Below, in pieces: positions 1 to 10,138 of a stretch of DNA of 64,000 nucleotides (position 1 is its first letter; every line of letters starts with the position of its first letter). Source of the DNA: Limnochordia bacterium (lineage in GTDB: Bacteria; Bacillota; Limnochordia; DTU080); assembly GCA_050951545.1 (NCBI GenBank), contig JBMNJG010000005.1:160001-224000 (forward strand), written 5' to 3'. Under the pieces are notes generated by a model. The model had not been told where the DNA came from and did no database searches. It saw nothing but the letters and a program-made list of their open reading frames with translations. The translations under genes were made by a program, and so were the position numbers.

Positions 1-174
1 TCTGCCATAGTGGCCCAGAACCACACCAGCAACAACAGCTACCGCCGCACTTACGGCAAACGGGATTGCATCGGGTTCCCGACAGACCAACGCAACAAGA
101 AGGGGCACCAACATCGTCGCCCCTAGAAAGCGTAACAACGAACCCAAAACTTGACTGATGGCATGGATGTTCAT
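1..174 (-). CDS. trkH: TrkH-family potassium uptake membrane subunit (5' part only, runs off the window)
   Basis: ATG at 174-172 overlaps the trkA stop (ATGA). It translates as hydrophobic MNIHAISQVLGSLLRFLGATMLVPLLVALVCREPDAIPF..., typical of a TrkH N-terminus, and lies directly downstream of trkA. Confidence 0.8.
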   Translation of the reverse strand, partial: MNIHAISQVLGSLLRFLGATMLVPLLVALVCREPDAIPFAVSAAVAVVAGVVLGHYGR

Positions 175-1571
175 GTACAGAAAGACCCCTCAAAACCTTG
201 CTTTCGACTGTCGACATTCTTGCGTCCCTGGAAGAACACGGCCACATCGTCAACTGCATCCGCAGCCGAGAAGACAATCACCCGATCCCCTGAAAGGACG
301 CGAGACTCGCCATTGGGAATGATCACATCGCCCGACCGGACAATGGCACCGACTAGCGCCTTCTTGGGGAAATCAACCTCACGCAGCCTGCGATTCGCAA
401 TGCGACAGCCCTCGGTAACACAAAACTCCAGCGTCTCTGCACCACCCTGGAGAAGAGTCATGGAGATGATCTCGCATTCCCTAACCAGACGTAATACCGA
501 ACTGACCATCAGCAAGCGAGGAACCACCACGGCATCAGCCCCGGCTTTCGTCGCCAACGGCGCATAATCCTCACGCGATATCTTCGTGATCACCTCCGAC
601 ACCCCCAGCTCTTTCAACAGCATGGTTGCGAGAAGATTGGTGTGGTCTTCGCCAGCCACTGTCACGAAAGCGTCGAGGGTGGATGCGCCTTCATCGCGCA
701 ACACATCGATCTTTGTGGCGTCACCGTGAATCACCAGCAGCTGCGGCAGGTGTTTTGCGAGCCTCTCCGCAACTGGCGCATCCTTCTCGAAGAGCGCAAC
801 AGATAGACTGGGCCGTCTCTTAGAAACCAACATATCAACCAGGTACTGTCCAATCCGACTGCCACCTACGATACCTACAGTCTTGATCTGCTGAACAGGG
901 GGTCCGATGAATGCCCGAATCTCACGAAAATCCTTGGTACGACCCACGATGAAAACCCGATCTTCGGCTCGCACAACGCTATCGCCTCTGGGGATCTCGA
1001 GCTCATCGCCCCTATCAACAGCAACCAAGAGACAGTCAGGCAGCGAGCACTCTGCTAGCGCACGCCCAACTATTGGTGACTGTTCGTCGACCTTTAGCCC
1101 CAACATGAAAACGCGGCCATCTGCAAAGTACTCGATATCGCTGGCCGCAGGAACTGCAAGGAGGCGCAGAATCTCCTGGGCAGCCAAGCGCTCCGGGTTG
1201 ATAATGAGATCGATACCCAGACGCTGTAGCGAAAGGCTGTGGGAAGTATCAACGGTGTATTCGGGGTTGCGAATCCGAGCTACGCAGACGGGTACCCCGT
1301 ACTGCTTCCCTGTCATGCAGGCGATCATGTTCACTTCGTCAACATCCGTTACTGCGACTAGAATGCCAGCCCGATCTGCACCAGCTTCATCCAACACCGC
1401 AGTGCTCGCCCCATTGCCGTAGAGCGTCATGATATCGAGACGTTCGCCTATTTCACGTAGGGCCTCTGCGTCTTTGTCTATGACAATGATATCGTGCCCT
1501 TCCCGCGAGAGCCTAAAGGCTATCTCGAAACCAACATCTCCGGCTCCAATGACAATGATCTTCAAACGCAA
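171..1571 (-). CDS. trkA: Trk system potassium uptake NAD-binding subunit TrkA
   Basis: 466 aa with two RCK (TrkA_N/TrkA_C) repeats; Rossmann motifs IGAGDVG and VGGSRIG. Confidence 0.95.
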   Translation of the reverse strand: MRLKIIVIGAGDVGFEIAFRLSREGHDIIVIDKDAEALREIGERLDIMTLYGNGASTAVLDEAGADRAGILVAVTDVDEVNMIACMTGKQYGVPVCVARIRNPEYTVDTSHSLSLQRLGIDLIINPERLAAQEILRLLAVPAASDIEYFADGRVFMLGLKVDEQSPIVGRALAECSLPDCLLVAVDRGDELEIPRGDSVVRAEDRVFIVGRTKDFREIRAFIGPPVQQIKTVGIVGGSRIGQYLVDMLVSKRRPSLSVALFEKDAPVAERLAKHLPQLLVIHGDATKIDVLRDEGASTLDAFVTVAGEDHTNLLATMLLKELGVSEVITKISREDYAPLATKAGADAVVVPRLLMVSSVLRLVRECEIISMTLLQGGAETLEFCVTEGCRIANRRLREVDFPKKALVGAIVRSGDVIIPNGESRVLSGDRVIVFSAADAVDDVAVFFQGRKNVDSRKQGFEGSFCT

Positions 1572-1770
1572 GCTCCTTTAGTAATCGCATAGTCCATAGC
1601 GTTCGTCGCGGCCGCTCAAGCTCCTGTAAGCTACTTCTATGTAGGTCCAGGGATTCGCTGACGGAAGCCTATCTGCTATACTAATAAGGTGGCAAGAGCA
1701 TAATCTATGTAGCTTCGGCCGTATGGCCTGAGTGTGGTTCGCAGAGGATTTTCAAAGGGAGTTGCCGCTT

Positions 1771-3447
1771 ATGAGTGAGCCAACCGCCAAACCATCCCAT
1801 TTCATCCAGGACATTGTCGATGAGGATATGAGAACGAATCGCTATGGCGGACGGGTACATACACGTTTTCCGCCGGAGCCTAATGGCTACTTACACATTG
1901 GTCATGCCAAGGCCATCTGCCTGGATTTCGGTGTGGCCGCTGCCAACGACGGCCTGTGCAACCTACGCTTCGACGATACAAACCCCATCAAGGAAGAGGA
2001 GGAGTATGTGCAGTCGATTATTGAGGATGTGCGCTGGCTCGGCTTCGATTGGGGTGACCGTCTCTACTATGCCTCGGATTACTTCGAGCAGATGTATGAG
2101 TACGCGTTAGTGCTGATCAGAAAAGGATTAGCCTATGTGTGCGACCTGTGCCCGGATGAGATACGTGAGTATCGGGGCACGCTTACCGAACCGGGACGCA
2201 ATAGCCCGTATCGTGAGCGGTCTGTCGAGGAGAACCTTGATCTGTTCCAGCGCATGCGAGCCGGCGAGTTCCCTGACGGCAGCCGCGTCCTGAGAGCCAA
2301 GATTGACATGGCCTCACCCAACATTAACATGCGAGATCCGGTGATATATCGTATCTTGCGAGCCACTCACCACCGTACCGGTGACGACTGGTGCATCTAT
2401 CCTATGTACGATTACGCTCACCCGATATCGGACGCCCTAGAGGGCATCACACACTCACTGTGCACACTTGAGTTTGAAGACCACCGTCCTCTCTACGACT
2501 GGTTTCTTGAGATGCTGGAGTTCCCTTCACCGCCTCAGCAGATCGAGTTCGCTCGTCTGTTTCTAAGCCATACCCTCACGAGTAAACGCAAGTTACGACA
2601 GCTTATTGAGTCAGGCTATGTCGAGGGTTGGGACGATCCTCGCATGCCCACGCTCTCCGGCGTACGCAGGCGTGGTTATACACCCGAAGCCATTCACGAC
2701 CTGTGCAACCGGGTTGGCGTGGCCAAGAACAACAGCGTCATCGATCTCGCTATTCTTGAACAGTGTATTCGTGAGGATCTCAATAAGCGAGCTCAAAGAG
2801 TCATGGCTGTCCTCAGGCCCCTAAGGGTAGTCATTACCAACTATCCCGAGGGCCAAACTGAGGAACTGGACACTGAGAACAATCCCGAGGACCCGGATGC
2901 CGGGACCCGCACTATCCCGTTCTCGCGTGTGATCTATATTGAGCACGAGGATTTCATGGAGGATCCGCCCCGCAAATTCTACCGCCTAGCCCCAGGGCGT
3001 GAGGTCCGATTGAAGAGCGCCTACATTATCAAGTGTGAGGAAGTCATCAAGGACCCAGAGACTGGCGAGATCATCGAGCTGCGCTGCACTTACGATCCCG
3101 AAAGCCGCAGCGGTAGCGTCTCTGGCGGACGCAGAGTGCGCAGCACTGTACATTGGGTCTCAGCAGCTCACGCGCTTAAGGCCGAGGTGCACATGTATAG
3201 CCCCCTCTTTCTGACACGCGATCCTGAGGAAGGCGGCGATTTCCTGGCCAACCTCAATCCTCACTCTCTCGAGGTCATCACAGGTTGCCTCGTGGAGCCG
3301 AGCCTGGCCACAGCAGGTCCGGGCGATCGCTTTCAGTTCTTGAGACAAGGCTACTTCTGCATTGATACCAGTGCCCGAGAAGGGCAGCTGCTGTTTAACC
3401 GCATTGTCTCACTGCGAGACACCTGGGCTAAGGTAAGCCGCCAGTAA
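1771..3447 (+). CDS. glnS: Glutamine--tRNA ligase
   Basis: [17 protein letters not shown] (HIGH), [17 protein letters not shown] and FQFLRQGYF motifs. Start set at ATG 1771 after AAGGGAG. Confidence 0.96.
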   Translation: MSEPTAKPSHFIQDIVDEDMRTNRYGGRVHTRFPPEPNGYLHIGHAKAICLDFGVAAANDGLCNLRFDDTNPIKEEEEYVQSIIEDVRWLGFDWGDRLYYASDYFEQMYEYALVLIRKGLAYVCDLCPDEIREYRGTLTEPGRNSPYRERSVEENLDLFQRMRAGEFPDGSRVLRAKIDMASPNINMRDPVIYRILRATHHRTGDDWCIYPMYDYAHPISDALEGITHSLCTLEFEDHRPLYDWFLEMLEFPSPPQQIEFARLFLSHTLTSKRKLRQLIESGYVEGWDDPRMPTLSGVRRRGYTPEAIHDLCNRVGVAKNNSVIDLAILEQCIREDLNKRAQRVMAVLRPLRVVITNYPEGQTEELDTENNPEDPDAGTRTIPFSRVIYIEHEDFMEDPPRKFYRLAPGREVRLKSAYIIKCEEVIKDPETGEIIELRCTYDPESRSGSVSGGRRVRSTVHWVSAAHALKAEVHMYSPLFLTRDPEEGGDFLANLNPHSLEVITGCLVEPSLATAGPGDRFQFLRQGYFCIDTSAREGQLLFNRIVSLRDTWAKVSRQ

Positions 3448-3498
3448 GTGGAAAGGTCCAGGCACCCATCCGGGGAGCCTGGACCACCTAGCTGAAGG

Positions 3499-4272
3499 CT
3501 ACAGATGACGATAGCGACCTCTTGTGCGAGGTTCCGGAATGCCTCTGTCTTGATCAGCCTCTTTGCCATGCCCTGTCTCTACGTTGGCACTAATCCAGGT
3601 GGCCACTTTCTTTTGCTGCGAGCGCAACCGAGCCGCGGCCTCGATGGCGATGGCGTTCACAATAGCGGCTCCCGTGATAGTACTCAAAGGTCCCATACGG
3701 CAACCCGCATCATCCACGTCCACAAGAGCATCACCGTAGGGCGCACCGTTATCGATCAGAATGTCGACCACTTCAAACAGACGTTTCCCGGACGGGTCAC
3801 GCGAGACAACCTGCGTAGAGTGCGCGAGTGAAGTAATCCCGATCGTAGTGATCTTGCGTTCCTGGGCCACACGAGCCATCTCTACTGGCAGAGCGTTACG
3901 TCCCGAGTTGGAGGCAATCATCAAGACATCCTGGGATGTGATCCCCCGATGGTCCATGAGAGTCCTCGCATAACCTGGCAGACGCTCAAGATAAGAGCTT
4001 TGCAGTGCCGACTCGTGCAACATCAGACCGCTCTCCAAGATGGGGACTACCGATACCAACCCTCCGGCCCGATAGAAAGCCTCTTCAGCAAGCATATGCG
4101 AGTGACCAGTACCAAAAAGATACCAGAGTCCCCCGTCTGCCATGGCCTGGGCCACTGCTACCCCCGCCTCGGCAATAGCTTCCTGTTGCGTCCTCGCCAA
4201 CCACTCCAGCCGTTCGTTTACCTTCTGGAGGTACGCTTGGGTGTTTCGCGATAGAGGATTTGTGTAGGTCAT
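3499..4272 (-). CDS. SIS-domain sugar isomerase family protein (UPF0309-like)
   Basis: FGTGHSH, AEEAFYRAGGL and SNSGRN motifs. Confidence 0.88.
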   Translation of the reverse strand: MTYTNPLSRNTQAYLQKVNERLEWLARTQQEAIAEAGVAVAQAMADGGLWYLFGTGHSHMLAEEAFYRAGGLVSVVPILESGLMLHESALQSSYLERLPGYARTLMDHRGITSQDVLMIASNSGRNALPVEMARVAQERKITTIGITSLAHSTQVVSRDPSGKRLFEVVDILIDNGAPYGDALVDVDDAGCRMGPLSTITGAAIVNAIAIEAAARLRSQQKKVATWISANVETGHGKEADQDRGIPEPRTRGRYRHL

Positions 4273-4277
4273 GCCGC

Positions 4278-5315
4278 TTATCGAGCCCCCTTCTCTCCTG
4301 GCCCGAGACCAGGCATACGCGATCGGAGCTTGGCCACGACTGACTCGGGCACCTCAAGCCCCCAGAGTGTTGCTGACGATGCCTTTGCCGCCTGTCCGAG
4401 TCTCCACGCATGCAGGGCAGCCCCAGCCACAGGAGCTAAGACAGGCTCATGCACCTCGGCTCGGATCCTGCGCCGAGCAATGTCGTCCGTGAAGCAACGC
4501 CGGAGAGTATCCGAACGGAAAACACCGCCAGAGAATGAGATGCGGACCTTGGGCCAGTCCAGACAGCCCAGACGGCGAGCGACCGCTTCCACCGCCCCTG
4601 CGAGCTCCTCGGCGGCTTTCTCGAGCAGTCCCTTGGCTGTAGGGTCACCCAGCGCTGCCGCCACTTCGATCGCTGGCGCAAGCTGAGCAATGTCGCTGGG
4701 CGCACGCTCCTCCATATAGACCCAGTCACGCACTGCATAGCAATCAGGCAGCTCGAGCTTACTCAACACAGCGGTTGTCAGCGCGGTGAGAGGTCCGCGT
4801 CCGTCCTCCGCCTTGCATACGGCACGCAAGGCTTCCTTTCCGAGCCAATACGCGCTGCCTTCATCCCCTATTCGCCAACCCCAACCACTAGCCCCGGCAC
4901 GACGTCCGGCTGCGTCACGTCCATAGGCGATGGCCCCTGTACCAGCCGTGACCACAATGCCCGCCTGCCCTCCCAGAGCTCCCTCCAGCGCCATGACAGC
5001 ATCACTATCGAAGACGATCGGTAGTGACCATACGGACTCCGGCAGAAGCCGCCGTGCGGTCCCCAGATCGCCAGGCTCCTCCAGGCCGCTGCTACCAAAG
5101 GCGACAGCGCTTGGCTGTAGACGCTGTTCCTGCAGCGCCTCTTCTACTGCTTCAGCAATCGAGGCGCGGGCGACGACTTCGCCGAGAGAGACATGGTTGG
5201 CTGCTCCACCTCTACCTATGCCGAGCACGTCACCGGCCCCAGAGATAGCTATGGCTAGGGTATGCGTACCGCCCGCGTCAATTCCCAGATAGACTTGTTC
5301 TGATTCTCGTGTCAT
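4278..5315 (-). CDS. BadF/BadG/BcrA/BcrD-type ATPase, N-acetylglucosamine-kinase-like sugar kinase
   Basis: LGIDAGGTHT, AGTGAIAYG and GWGWRIGDEGSAYWLG motifs. Confidence 0.88.
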   Translation of the reverse strand: MTRESEQVYLGIDAGGTHTLAIAISGAGDVLGIGRGGAANHVSLGEVVARASIAEAVEEALQEQRLQPSAVAFGSSGLEEPGDLGTARRLLPESVWSLPIVFDSDAVMALEGALGGQAGIVVTAGTGAIAYGRDAAGRRAGASGWGWRIGDEGSAYWLGKEALRAVCKAEDGRGPLTALTTAVLSKLELPDCYAVRDWVYMEERAPSDIAQLAPAIEVAAALGDPTAKGLLEKAAEELAGAVEAVARRLGCLDWPKVRISFSGGVFRSDTLRRCFTDDIARRRIRAEVHEPVLAPVAGAALHAWRLGQAAKASSATLWGLEVPESVVAKLRSRMPGLGPGEKGAR

Positions 5316-5355
5316 GCTGGATTATCCCTTCGCCAATCAGTTGGCATTGCTAGAC

Positions 5356-6621
5356 TCAGTCAGATAGCCCGGCGTAGCCCATGCCTCGCCGCGAACGCCG
5401 ACCCACGAGTTGCTCGCGTCCTTCCCACAGTTTGGCCACCGCGGTCACGATGTCATCCATATCTTCCTTAGTTCCCAGAAGTATCGATTGGGTCAGCCAC
5501 ACAGCCTCCGAACTCGCCTTCTCTGTTACGGACAAGAACAGCTGCTGGTAGTCAACGCGTGCCAACTGATCGCCAATCCCCTCCCATGCAGCCGGACACG
5601 ACTGCCCAAAGGGGATAAACGCTGGATCACGGTATAGCGGCAGGTAGCCACGCGAACACGGAATCCCTTCGGCGGACAATGCCTCGAGGAAGACATTCAG
5701 CGGGATACCCCATACCGATGCGTCAAAGCGGAAGACAAACAAGTGATATGCGTGACGTGTAGTACGCTCGTCTCGCTTCAGCGGACGAATGCCTTCGATC
5801 TCGCTTAACTTCTCGGCCAAGTAGATCCCGTTTTCGTTACGCAGGCGAGTCTGCTCATCGAGTCGCTTCATCTGAGATAGCAGAAGTGCTGCCTGCATCT
5901 CAGTCATCCGCAGATTGTAGCCAAGAACCCTACGGGCACCCGACCCGCCTTCCCAACGACCGCAGTTGCGATAGGCCAGGCACATATTCGCCAACAGCTC
6001 GTTGCAGGAGACGATCATGCCTCCTTCTCCGGAGGCTAGGTTCTTGGACGCCTGGAAAGAAAACGTCCCCAGATCGCCATAGGATCCGACGCCGCGCCCT
6101 TTCCACTGTGCTCCGTGTGCTTGAGCCGCGTCTTCGAGCAGTGCCAGTTTGTGCCGCTTGGCGATCTCACCCAAGCGATCGAGATCCGCTGGATGTCCCG
6201 CCACGTGAACAGGTACGATGCACGCTGTACGAGGTGTGATTGCAGCCTCCGCTGCCTCCGGATCCATGCAGTAGGTATCGGGATCGATATCTACCATAAC
6301 AGGCACAGCACCAGCCTGCAGAACCGAGGAGGCAGTGGCGATAAACGTATAGGCAGGGATGAGCACCTCATCACCCGGACCCACACCCAGCGCAATCAAA
6401 GCGAGTAACAAGCTTACAGTGCCATTGCATGTAACCACACCGTAAGGCGCATCTTGATAGGCTGCAAACCGTTTCTCGAACTCGGAGATATTCCTGCCCC
6501 CAAGTCCCCAGATACCGCTGCGAATAACGTCAGCAACTGCCTGCGCATCGCTTTCGTCATGAATAGGCCAACTTGGGAACCGCTTCTGCCGTACGGGAGT
6601 TCCTCCTGTAAGTGCCAGCAT
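5356..6621 (-). CDS. DegT/DnrJ/EryC1/StrS-family PLP aminotransferase (RifK/BtrR-like)
   Basis: LLEDAAQAHGA and FSFQASKNLASGEGG (PLP lysine). Start MLALTGG follows AAGGGAGG. Confidence 0.9.
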   Translation of the reverse strand: MLALTGGTPVRQKRFPSWPIHDESDAQAVADVIRSGIWGLGGRNISEFEKRFAAYQDAPYGVVTCNGTVSLLLALIALGVGPGDEVLIPAYTFIATASSVLQAGAVPVMVDIDPDTYCMDPEAAEAAITPRTACIVPVHVAGHPADLDRLGEIAKRHKLALLEDAAQAHGAQWKGRGVGSYGDLGTFSFQASKNLASGEGGMIVSCNELLANMCLAYRNCGRWEGGSGARRVLGYNLRMTEMQAALLLSQMKRLDEQTRLRNENGIYLAEKLSEIEGIRPLKRDERTTRHAYHLFVFRFDASVWGIPLNVFLEALSAEGIPCSRGYLPLYRDPAFIPFGQSCPAAWEGIGDQLARVDYQQLFLSVTEKASSEAVWLTQSILLGTKEDMDDIVTAVAKLWEGREQLVGRRSRRGMGYAGLSD

Positions 6622-6642
6622 CTCAGTGTCGCCTCCCTTAGG

Positions 6643-6667
6643 ACTGTTAATATAGTATACTAACAGT
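6643..6667. promoter_or_regulatory. 25-bp palindrome, probable ROK-repressor operator
   Basis: ACTGTTAATATAGTATACTAACAGT is a near-perfect AT-rich palindrome between a sigma-H-like promoter and the aminotransferase RBS; the ROK regulator gene is adjacent. Confidence 0.6.
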
Positions 6668-6746
6668 GGTTCGGTTCGACACCTCCTCACCATTCTCCTT
6701 CGCGAAAAATGACCTTGTCAGTCTTTTGCTGATCTTTTTTTCAGCC

Positions 6747-7943
6747 TCAGCCAAGGGAGTTGGAGTAGGGCGTGAGCCCTTCTAGAATGACTGGCAACAG
6801 CAGACCCGCGGTACCAGAAACACCCGTATGTGCGTGCATGCCCGCCAAGCGTAGTTCCGCTTGGCTTGCAGCTGGCTCGAGCGACCTCTGGTGAAGGCTT
6901 TTGCGCAATAGAGGGTAGAAGACCCCGGGGTAGGCCGCTATCTCTCCGCCTACAAGAATCAGATCGGGATTCAGCAGGTTGACCAAAGCGGCCAAGCCCA
7001 TGCTTAGGTGATCGGCCATCTCTTGACACGCCTGTCGTGCGCAGACATCGCCCTCTTGGGCACCCTTAGCGACATCCTCAGGCGAAGTGCCCCTAAACCC
7101 CAGCTCTTGAGCCCGGCGGAGCAAAGCTGGCCAAGAGGCCACAGTCTCCAGACAGCCACGGCGTCCGCAGGCACATAGTCGTCCATCGGCCATCACAGGA
7201 ATGTGACCTATCTCTCCTACCAAGCCTGACGTACCGCGGTAGATATCGCCATTGAGGAAAAGCCCAGCCCCCACACCCGTACCGATGTAGCAATAGACCA
7301 CGTTGCGCCCGCTCCAATCGGCCTGGTCCCGATCTTGCTCAGCCACGAGTCGCACATTCACATCGCCGTCTATGCGCACGGGGAGCCGATAGCGCAGCTC
7401 CAGCTCGGCCTGCAGAGGTAGGTTGACTACATCAAATACCGTAGATTTGTGCACGATGCCGCGTTCGCTGTCCACAAGCCCCGAAATCGCTACGCCAATG
7501 CCCCCGACCTGCAACCCCCTGCGCTTGGCTAGGGCTAACAACTGGTCTATCTCCGGACAGACGGTCCCTAACAGATCCGTTGTGCCTACGGTAGAACCAT
7601 AGATTGGCTCGCCATACAGCTCGCCCTTCAGGTCAACGAGCCCAGCCTCAAAGCGCACGTCACTAAGGTCGATGCCCACGACATAGCGAAAATCGCGCTT
7701 GAATTTCAGCAGGCGCGGCTTTGGCCCTGTCTGAGCCTCACCAGCGCCTGCCGCGACCACTACGCCCATCGCCTCGAACTCGCGAATGAGGATGGAGACG
7801 GTCGCCTTGCTTAGCCGTGTCCGAGTTACGACATCTGAACGCGAAAGAGGCCCGTGATCCCTAATAAGCTTCAATATAGTGACGCTGTTATGCTCCCTGA
7901 TGTCGCGCTGCTTGCGACCTCGAAACGGGTTTGCCCCTCTCAT
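6747..7943 (-). CDS. ROK-family transcriptional repressor (XylR/NagC-like)
   Basis: N-terminal HTH (GPLSRSDVVTRTRLSKATVS) and ROK Zn motif GEIGH..CACGRRGCLE. Confidence 0.92.
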   Translation of the reverse strand: MRGANPFRGRKQRDIREHNSVTILKLIRDHGPLSRSDVVTRTRLSKATVSILIREFEAMGVVVAAGAGEAQTGPKPRLLKFKRDFRYVVGIDLSDVRFEAGLVDLKGELYGEPIYGSTVGTTDLLGTVCPEIDQLLALAKRRGLQVGGIGVAISGLVDSERGIVHKSTVFDVVNLPLQAELELRYRLPVRIDGDVNVRLVAEQDRDQADWSGRNVVYCYIGTGVGAGLFLNGDIYRGTSGLVGEIGHIPVMADGRLCACGRRGCLETVASWPALLRRAQELGFRGTSPEDVAKGAQEGDVCARQACQEMADHLSMGLAALVNLLNPDLILVGGEIAAYPGVFYPLLRKSLHQRSLEPAASQAELRLAGMHAHTGVSGTAGLLLPVILEGLTPYSNSLG

Positions 7944-7945
7944 GC

Positions 7946-8818
7946 TCACGAACGTCCCTGCCCCCAGAAAAAGAGTGCCAGGGTATCGGGGCCGGAGTGG
8001 GCACCCACCGCTGGACCAATGGCTGCCACAATGCACTCTCGCACCTGCACCTTCTCACGAATCCGAGCCTCCAGATGACGAGCATCAGCTTCGCAATCGC
8101 CGTGACTGATCGCAATAGTCTGCTCGGCAGGATCGACAATCCTCTCTACAAGGCGCTGGCAGAGCTCTTCTACAGATTTGCGACGTCCACGTACCTTACA
8201 CCAGGGTACTAGGCACCCTTCTTCATCCACACGTAAGACTGGTTTCACCTGTAACAGCGAACCAACTGCGCTGGCGAGATGCGAGACCCGCCCTCCGCGG
8301 CGAAGATACTCAAGATCGTCTACTGTGAACCAGTGGTTCATGCGCAGCTTGTTCGCCTCTACCCATTGGACCACCGCGTGCAAAGATGCTCCCTGCTTGA
8401 CCAACCGGGCCGCCTCTAAGACTACAAGGCCAAAACCCATTGACGCGCTCAGTGAGTCGACAATGCGTATCTCCGCATCAGGCCGGTCTCGCAAGACCGT
8501 CTTGCGAGCCAGAACCGCTGCGTTGAGCGTACCAGAGAGCGCAGAGGAAAAACCGATATACAGGACATCATGGCCACTGTCGAGGCTTTCTAGAAACAGG
8601 GTAGTGAACTGATTAGCGATCACTTGCGAAGTCGTAGCCAGGCCCCCAGCGCGCAAGTCGTCGTAGAAGGCCGAGGCCTCTCGCGTCACCCATGAGTCGT
8701 CGGGGTACGATGCACCTGCGATCGTGTAGCTCATAGGGGCAACCAGTATCCCATATTGTTCACGAATGGCTACTGGCAAGTCGCAACAAGAGTCCGTGAT
8801 GATCTGGATCGGGTTCAT
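7946..8818 (-). CDS. DegV/FakB-family fatty-acid-binding protein
   Basis: IITDSCCDL, TTSQ, SSALSGT, DDLEYLRRGGRVS and GAHSGP motifs. Confidence 0.93.
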   Translation of the reverse strand: MNPIQIITDSCCDLPVAIREQYGILVAPMSYTIAGASYPDDSWVTREASAFYDDLRAGGLATTSQVIANQFTTLFLESLDSGHDVLYIGFSSALSGTLNAAVLARKTVLRDRPDAEIRIVDSLSASMGFGLVVLEAARLVKQGASLHAVVQWVEANKLRMNHWFTVDDLEYLRRGGRVSHLASAVGSLLQVKPVLRVDEEGCLVPWCKVRGRRKSVEELCQRLVERIVDPAEQTIAISHGDCEADARHLEARIREKVQVRECIVAAIGPAVGAHSGPDTLALFFWGQGRS

Positions 8819-8999
8819 ATCTACCCAGTCACTCCCGCAAGAGCTTTGTATGTGCTACTGCTGTATCAGCTACGCCGCAAGCTTCAATACTCCTGCTTAA
8901 CGAGTGGGAAGCAGGAACGATGGTGCGAACAGCGAAGCGGTCTTTACATCCACAACTCCCAGCCTAAGCTGCATCAGGGTATTCAGGAAGGAGAGAGCC

Positions 9000-10085
9000 A
9001 TGGCTGTTACAGATCAGCTTACCTTCCGGGTTTATATCGGTACGTACACCCAAGGCGAAAGCAAAGGCATCTACGTCTATCGTTTTGATGGTTCCACTGG
9101 CAGCTGGCAGTTGCAGAGCGTTACACCGGATCAACAGAGTCCTGCTTTCCTGGCCATTCATCCCAACAGGCGCTTCTTGTACGCCGTCAACGAGGTCCGT
9201 GACTTCGCAGGCCGCACAAGCGGGGCTGTCTCAGCGTATGCCATCGAAGATGCCACTGGTAACTTACACCGACTCAACCAACAAGCAAGCATGGGCCCGG
9301 GGCCATGTCACCTGAGTGTCGATCCCACCGGACGCTGCGTGCTGGTAGCCAACTACGGCGGTGGTAGTGTTGCTCTGCTACCAATCAATGAAGACGGCTC
9401 TCTGAAAGAGGCTACATGCTTCATCCAGCATGAAGGACGGGGCTCAGACCCCAAACGCCAAACGGCCCCTCATGCGCACAGCATCCTGTGCGATCCACAG
9501 GGGCGCTTCGCCCTGGCGGCAGACTTGGGGTTAGACAAGATAATGATCTATGAGCTCGACCTCATCGGAGGTAAGCTCATGGCGCACACTCCGCCGTGGG
9601 CTGCCCTCCGACCGGGAGCCGGACCGCGACACTCCGTCTTCCATTCTAACGGCCGATTTCTCTATGTGATCAACGAACTGGATTCCACAATCACGGTGTT
9701 CGCTTACCGCGCAGAAGAAGGGGAGCTCACTTCGCTCCAGACAGTCTCCACTCTCCCCACAGGGTTCTCCGAAACGAACTACTGCGCTGATATCCACATC
9801 CATCCATCGGGTCGCTATCTCTATGGCTCTAACCGCGGACATGACAGCATCGTTAGCTATCGTGTGGATCCTGCCACAGGTCTTCTCGGCGCAACGGCTC
9901 ACTATTCCACACATGGGCGCACACCGCGTGGCTTTGCCATTGATCCAAGCGGAGCTTTCCTGGTCGCCGCCAATCAAGACAGTGACAACATTGTGGCCTT
10001 TCGCATCGATGAGCAGACTGGAGCGCTGCAGCTACACGGTGAGCCAACGCGGGTTCCCAGCCCCGTATGTGTGAAGATTCCCTGA
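9000..10085 (+). CDS. pgl: 6-phosphogluconolactonase, cycloisomerase-2 (beta-propeller) family
   Basis: YIGTYT, GPCHLSVD, ANYGGGSV, PHAHS, GAGPRH and YGSNRGHDSI motifs. Confidence 0.88.
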   Translation: MAVTDQLTFRVYIGTYTQGESKGIYVYRFDGSTGSWQLQSVTPDQQSPAFLAIHPNRRFLYAVNEVRDFAGRTSGAVSAYAIEDATGNLHRLNQQASMGPGPCHLSVDPTGRCVLVANYGGGSVALLPINEDGSLKEATCFIQHEGRGSDPKRQTAPHAHSILCDPQGRFALAADLGLDKIMIYELDLIGGKLMAHTPPWAALRPGAGPRHSVFHSNGRFLYVINELDSTITVFAYRAEEGELTSLQTVSTLPTGFSETNYCADIHIHPSGRYLYGSNRGHDSIVSYRVDPATGLLGATAHYSTHGRTPRGFAIDPSGAFLVAANQDSDNIVAFRIDEQTGALQLHGEPTRVPSPVCVKIP

Positions 10086-10138
10086 TCAGCGCCTGCCGAT
10101 GATGCAGCGTGGAAGGATTGCCAGAAGGAGTGTTGGCC

